Positions 59,101 to 64,000 of a stretch of DNA of 64,000 nucleotides are shown piece by piece. Positions within the stretch are counted from its first letter, which is position 1, and each line of letters starts with the position of its first letter. The notes beneath the pieces are model-generated. The model saw nothing but the letters and a program-made list of their open reading frames with translations, was not told the DNA's origin and ran no database searches. The stretch lies in contig NIVC01001770.1 in assembly GCA_002269645.1 (NCBI GenBank), forward strand, positions 175,703-239,702, given 5' to 3'. The stretch is from Macrostomum lignano (lineage: Eukaryota). The position numbers and the translations under genes were made by a program.

Positions 59101-62100
59101 GCGGTACGGACCTCCAAGAGGCGCTGGCGGCTCTACCAAAGTCTGAGTTTCGCGACACCTATCTAATGTCATTCAAGGTCATTATCTTTATCTTTGCCGG
59201 TATTTTCTACACAGTAACGATTTTTAAGTAGCGTAAGATTAATTATTGATCACGAAGTTTACTTGGGGGTTTCATTGAATTGCCTCGCTTGAGTTACTCG
59301 TCCAGGTGATTTGTCTGGGTCACTCGTCCAGGTGGCTTGTCTAGGTCACTCGTCCAGGTGACTTGTCTGGGTCCACGCCCAGGTGACTTGTCTGGGTCAC
59401 TCGCCCAGGTGACTTGTCTGGGTCACTCGTCCAGGTGACTTGTCTGGATCACTCGTCCAGGGGACTTGTCTGGGTCACTCGTCCAGGTGACTCGTCCGGG
59501 TAACTCGTCCAGGTGACTTGTCCAGGTCACTCATCCAGGTGACTTGTCCTGGACACTCGTCCAGGTGACTCATGCGGGTAACTCGTCCAGGTGACTTCTC
59601 TGGATCACTCGTCCAGGTGACTTCTCTGGATCACTCGTTCAGGGGACTTGTCTGGGTCACTTGTCCAGGTGACTCGTTCGGATCACTCGTCCAGGTGACT
59701 TGTCTGGGTCGCTCGTCCAGGTGACTTGTCTGGGTCACAATTATCCTGGTGACTTGTCCAGGTCACTAATTCAGCTATCTTGTTTAGGTGCCCCGTTTAG
59801 GCATCTGCAAAGAACATTGTCTGCAGGTTCCTAGCCTGCATGAAAGCTCTACTCCTAACTTCTGAGACTGACTCCTGTCTGGCTTCGCTACGAAAAATTT
59901 ACAAATTTAAAAGCAAAGTGTAAAAAGCAGCAACGAATCCTTGCAGAACAAGCACTGGACGGACCTTTTCACTGGCCAGACCACTCCAGCTCCCGGCCCG
60001 TCTAAGAAGTCGCCCAGCGTCAGCATCAGCAGCGGCAGCGAGGCCTGGGAGGATCTGCCAGACAGCGAGCGGCTCAGACGAGAGGCCGTCTGGGAGCTGT
60101 TCAAGTCGGAGCTGGTGTACCTCATTGACTACCTTATGGTGCTGAAGCACGTAAGTTACCTATCTAACCTTCACTTTTTTCTTAGATTTAGAAACCACTG
60201 TACGAGTGCAGTCGCAACCATTATAAAATCTTATTCCAAATCACATCTAGTGCTTTCTGGAGCCGCTTAAAAAGCTTCAAGTCGACGGCCATCTAATGTT
60301 TGTCGAGCCGGAAGATCTGTTCGGAAATTTGGACGAGCTCTGCTATGTAAGAAAATGGCTTGGTTGACCCTTTCTATTGTGTAGTTGACTTACTAAAATG
60401 TCTTGTGTTTCCAAATAAAGTCATGGCTGTAAGTATTGCATTTGTAGGTTTCTTTAGGGTTTAAGCCCATGGCACAGACATTGCTTCATAAGTTCGACTG
60501 TTCGCAATGCAACTGTATATAGCTCGTATCAACAGGTTCATCTCGAGATAGCATTGCCGCAGTACCTGGAATAGGGAGTTCAGCCCTGAGTTTGGCCGGA
60601 AAATATAGCTTTTGCATGAAATCAGCTAGTGATTAAGGGTTATTTTATGAGGCATCTGTCCCCTGGGCAGCTGTTAGTCGTCGTAAATCGTAAAATCTAG
60701 AGAGGCGCAGGTCAATATTCAGCTGTTTCTTTAACGCAGTATTGATATATTGAAGTATTGATATATTGAAGTATTGATATCAAATAAGAATATCCCTCTG
60801 TTAGGTCTCTGAATATAAATAGCAAACTGTGTGCTCTACGCTCGTATATTACTGACAATTATTATTATTGTATGCAATTCACCATGAAAATGCTCAAGGA
60901 CCAATAACACCAATGGTGCCCCATGGCTCAAAAGACGTAAAGGAGAAAGGTTGTGAAAGAAGACAAAGGGAGAAGTGGAAGGAGAACAAGACAAGGAAAA
61001 GAGAAGTCTAAAAACTGTTCCAGGTGGTCGTTGAGACACCTGACTCCTAAAAATATATGGTTTGATGATGCCAGGATTAGCTAACGCTGCAGGCATTCCA
61101 TAATTTACAGCTCTGTTTAGATTTACAGTAATTTACCTTACCTCAGGTGAGCTACACATTCTCTCGGGACATCATCTCGATCCTGTCCAAGGAGGTCACC
61201 AAGCTGCAGTTTGGCACCACCGGTGGCCTTCTAAAAGTTTTCAAGCGGGTAAGCGAAAAACTTTTAGGTATAATTTTTTAAAGTTGATGTAAGAGACTTA
61301 GTATTGAAATTTCACGCTAATTCATATCGTTCGATTTGCAGTGGAGCAGCTCGTCAAAAGATGGCGAAGTATATCACACCTACTGCCTCAACTATCATTG
61401 CGCTGTAACCTATCTGGAGATTCTAAGAAAAAATGACCAATTTACCGAGTTTGAACGGGTAAGATTACTTGTAGATTTCAGGGTAATCTCTAATCAAAAT
61501 AGATAATAAAGAGGATCATTTTTAAGGTCTCATAGGTTCAAAGGTTTCAGAATCGGGCAGTCTCTTAAGTTTCATAGCATTTTCACAAGGCAAGTCTTTG
61601 AGATGAAGATTTTCTGTGCCGAATAAGCTATCACTCCCGCTCGTCCGAATTCTGTAGCGCTGCGAGCAGGACCCACGCTGCCGGCGCCTGCAGATCACCG
61701 ACCTGCTCGTGGCACCGATGCAGCACTGCACCAAGACTCCGCTGCTGCTGGCCGGGATCAGGAAGTACACAACGGACAATGTCAGCCGGCGCTTGCTCAC
61801 CGAGAACCTGAAGCAGGTTGAGAGCTCGCTGAGTGAGTGTTTATTGAGCCGTTTTAGTGAGTCACCGAGCCTAAATCAATCAACGCTTTAGTCTAATTTA
61901 TTCAATCAAAACACAGAAAGCCTGGAGGACAAGCTGAAGTGGCTGAGAAACTTTGAACGCTTGCAAAACATTCAGCAACAGCTGGTGTGGCCGCCCATCA
62001 TGGAAATGGAGAACCGCGTCTTTATACCAGATTTCCTTAAGAGCAGTCTGTCTACTCAGCCATGCGAGAAGCTCATCGCCAACCCGAAGCGGCAGCTGGT

Positions 62101-63177
62101 ACACGAGGCTACCTCAACTTGGTTGGTGAGTGACAAGTTCGAGCGAGTATCCATGAGCCTTTAAATGCTCTAAAACGATTTTGCTATGGTCGTAGCATCG
62201 TTTAGCTGCCATCGGTTCTCGGGCTCATCCACAGAATACGAAATAGTACGAAATATTTTCAATTCTATTCTATATTAGATGGACAGTCTGTCTCGACAAT
62301 TAATGAAAAAATGGCTAAAACATTTTATGGAGCTCCTGTAGTCAATGTAGCGGAAAGAGAGCAGGAGTGATGTGCTCTGCTAAAATGTCAATGGTACGAG
62401 AGTCGTAAGCACCACTGGAACGGACAAACCATGCATAAATAAATGGCTGAGAATATGCAAAGTGCCATTCAACCTACTCAAATTCTCTTCACTAGTTAAG
62501 GTGAAATGTATTTCTTATGCAAGAAATTTTCTCAAAATTTGTGATTGATTGATTGAATCAGTGTATATTCCGTGCAAATATCTGGCAAGTCTAAAAATGA
62601 AACCTTGCAAACTTCAGAAGCCAACAAGAATCTGGAGATGTACTGCTTCCTCTTCGACGATATACTTCTGCTTACGAAGGTCAAGAAGCCACCTAAAAAG
62701 GTTGGTCGGCAAGCACTCTAAAGTACACTACAAAGACTACTCAAGTAGGACGAGAAACAACAAAGAATGATAAAATTTATTCATAAAACCAATGAGTCGA
62801 GCTGAGCCATTTTTATGATCTTTAGACACAAGAAGACATAAACGTAGATATCAAAAGACGAACATTCGGTCTGCCTCCTAGCAAAAGCAATAACAATTTT
62901 TTGCTGAAAAAATGAAAACCTCCATTCTCCATAATGTATTTTTTCTACCAAGTAGTTCCCGTCCATCCTACTTGAGGTAGTCCTTGTACACTATTAGCTG
63001 TTAAAACTTCCCAACCGTCAAAACTATCTCTTGTTCTGCCATTTGCTCAGAGGTCAGTGTCGGATTCCTCCGTGTACTCCATGTCGCCGACTGAGGGCGC
63101 GGTATTCGTGGTCTACAGGCAGCCGATTGCCCTGGATCGGTTCAGCATTCACGACATCGGATTTGTTGAAGCTAGCG
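50166..63177 (+). CDS. PLEKHG7: PLEKHG7-like DH-PH Rho guanine nucleotide exchange factor; 3' end not resolved in window
   Basis: Confident exons: 59947-60150, 60251-60346, 61147-61248, 61342-61458, 61658-61832, 61917-62125, 62618-62700, 63051-63177 (EAVWELFKSELVYLIDYLMVLK, YHTYCLNY, CEQDPRCRRLQITDLLVAPMQ, KLKWLRNFERLQ..LVWPP..FIPDFLK, MYCFLFDDILLLTK). Phase-consistent but less certain 5' exons: 50166-50209, 50298-50599, 51170-51258, 56932-57054, (57392-57421), 58553-58617, 58704-58864, 58945-58982, 59070-59177. One 1-nt deletion near 62107. Confidence 0.85.
51549..51824 (-). mobile_element. CORE-type tRNA-derived SINE (family B) whose 5' end runs into a minisatellite
   Basis: Homologous to 46970-47250; B box GGTTCGATTCC at ~51762-51772; head ggggttgtagtctagtgg. 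Confidence 0.85.
51810..54230. repeat. ~2.4-kb minisatellite, 20-bp (ggctacaaccccctccacta / ggctacaacccccaccatca) and 27-bp units with higher-order blocks
   Basis: Tandem periodicity; the unit equals the first ~20 nt of the adjacent SINE. Confidence 0.95.
54652..54795 (+). CDS. Possible alternative first coding exon of the PLEKHG7-like gene
   Basis: ATG at 54652/54685, open to CAG|gtgagg donor at 54795, phase 0, compatible with exon 56932. Confidence 0.4.
55032..55395 (+). mobile_element. tRNA-derived SINE related to family A (diverged subfamily)
   Basis: A box CAGCTCAGAGG, B box GGTTCGATTCC; central gtgtacatgcctgacgat..gtcaggg..gctgtaca shared with the 19196 copy; TSD attgtaacctt at 55021-31 and 55399-409; a partial core copy lies at ~54905-54990. 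Confidence 0.75.
56146..56304 (+). mobile_element. hAT (Charlie-like) MITE, shortest family member (159 bp)
   Basis: TIRs cagggttccgcaaat / gtttgccaacccatg; TSD ccttaaac / tcttaaac (7/8). Confidence 0.88.
59300..59765. repeat. 26-bp minisatellite (gggtcactcgtccaggtgacttgtct) with internal dyad gtcac..gtgac, RhoGEF intron
   Basis: Tandem periodicity. Confidence 0.92.
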
Positions 63178-64000
63178 GTGAGCCTGCGCTTAGGGCTCTA
63201 AGGAAAAGATAGGGTTTAGAGAGTTCGATTCTAGCTGAGATCAATAAAAACTATCCCTTGAATGTATGTGGCTTGCTATTTAAACAGCATGATTGCACGG
63301 TATATGATTAGCAACTCCTGTACTGCTTAAATAATCAACTATTCATTCAAGTATGAGGCCACAGACATTCTTAACCAGAAAGCATTGGTGCCGTTTGACT
63401 CGTTCCCTTCAGCGAGGCTGGCTCTGCACGAGTCCTCGTTCATAACCGACTGCGTTATGGAGTGCACAGCGTTCAAGCCGATCCAAGGCTCAGGTCTGTC
63501 ACTTTTCGAAACTGTCGGACGGCTCTAATGATGTGCAGCTTTTTTAGCACTTCGCCTAAATAGAACGCTACGTGTGCAGACTTTGTGTAGTCCGCTGTTG
63601 CAGATGATAAAATGACGCCATCGGAAAACTTTGCTTATTGTTTCAGTGTCCAGTGCCGATCAGTTTCACACGAAACTTCCAATTCTGCAATAGCGAAAAA
63701 TATTTGAAGGGCTAGGAAAATCAGACCTAGGACGTCAACATTGAATGCCACAATAAAACATACGAGCACTCACTGCTTCTTAGCACACTAAATGTGAATT
63801 GACCTGTTCTTTAGGTGTCAGGTACTCGTATTTACATTTAAGTCTCTTCAGATGCGTTCACTTTGCCAGCAAGCAAATTTGAATTACCTTTAATTCTTTC
63901 ATTTGTTGATCAAATGCCAACCTTTGATGGGAAAGCGACCGCAAAATTTTGCGATTCGATGGCGTATTAAGAACGCTTAGAAATAAACTTTAATGTCATT

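Noticed and set aside
63411-63493. Candidate further RhoGEF exon
   Set aside because: Phase fits but the translation does not resemble the expected PH-domain end; left uncalled.

Overview
Eukaryotic (metazoan) genomic DNA. GC-rich spliced exons, minisatellite-filled introns and acceptor sites directly before start codons suggest a free-living flatworm such as Macrostomum; this is an inference, not proven. Five genes were reconstructed by hand from GT-AG exons: a GCK-I kinase (MAP4K3/5-like, minus), a prohormone-4/IDLSRF-like LDLa neuropeptide precursor (minus), Rab1 (minus), an intronless eIF2B-delta (plus, head-to-head with Rab1) and a PLEKHG7-like DH-PH RhoGEF (plus, 3' end not resolved in the window). 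There is also an orphan single-pass membrane ORF. The rest is about 20 distinct minisatellite arrays, two tRNA-derived SINE families, hAT MITEs with 8-bp TSDs, and a decayed RAG1/Transib/Chapaev-type transposase in Rab1 intron 1. The most striking signal is a position-specific hypermutation domain on both sides of the CpG-retaining Rab1/eIF2B-delta promoter, and again at the MAP4K 5' exons. There, CpG is almost absent and CpA/TpG has also been converted to TpA on both strands, a RIP-like signature documented by a SINE copy that serves as an internal control. Most long ORFs in the supplied track are repeat artefacts. Several 1-nt deletions in short runs inside conserved exons look like assembly errors.
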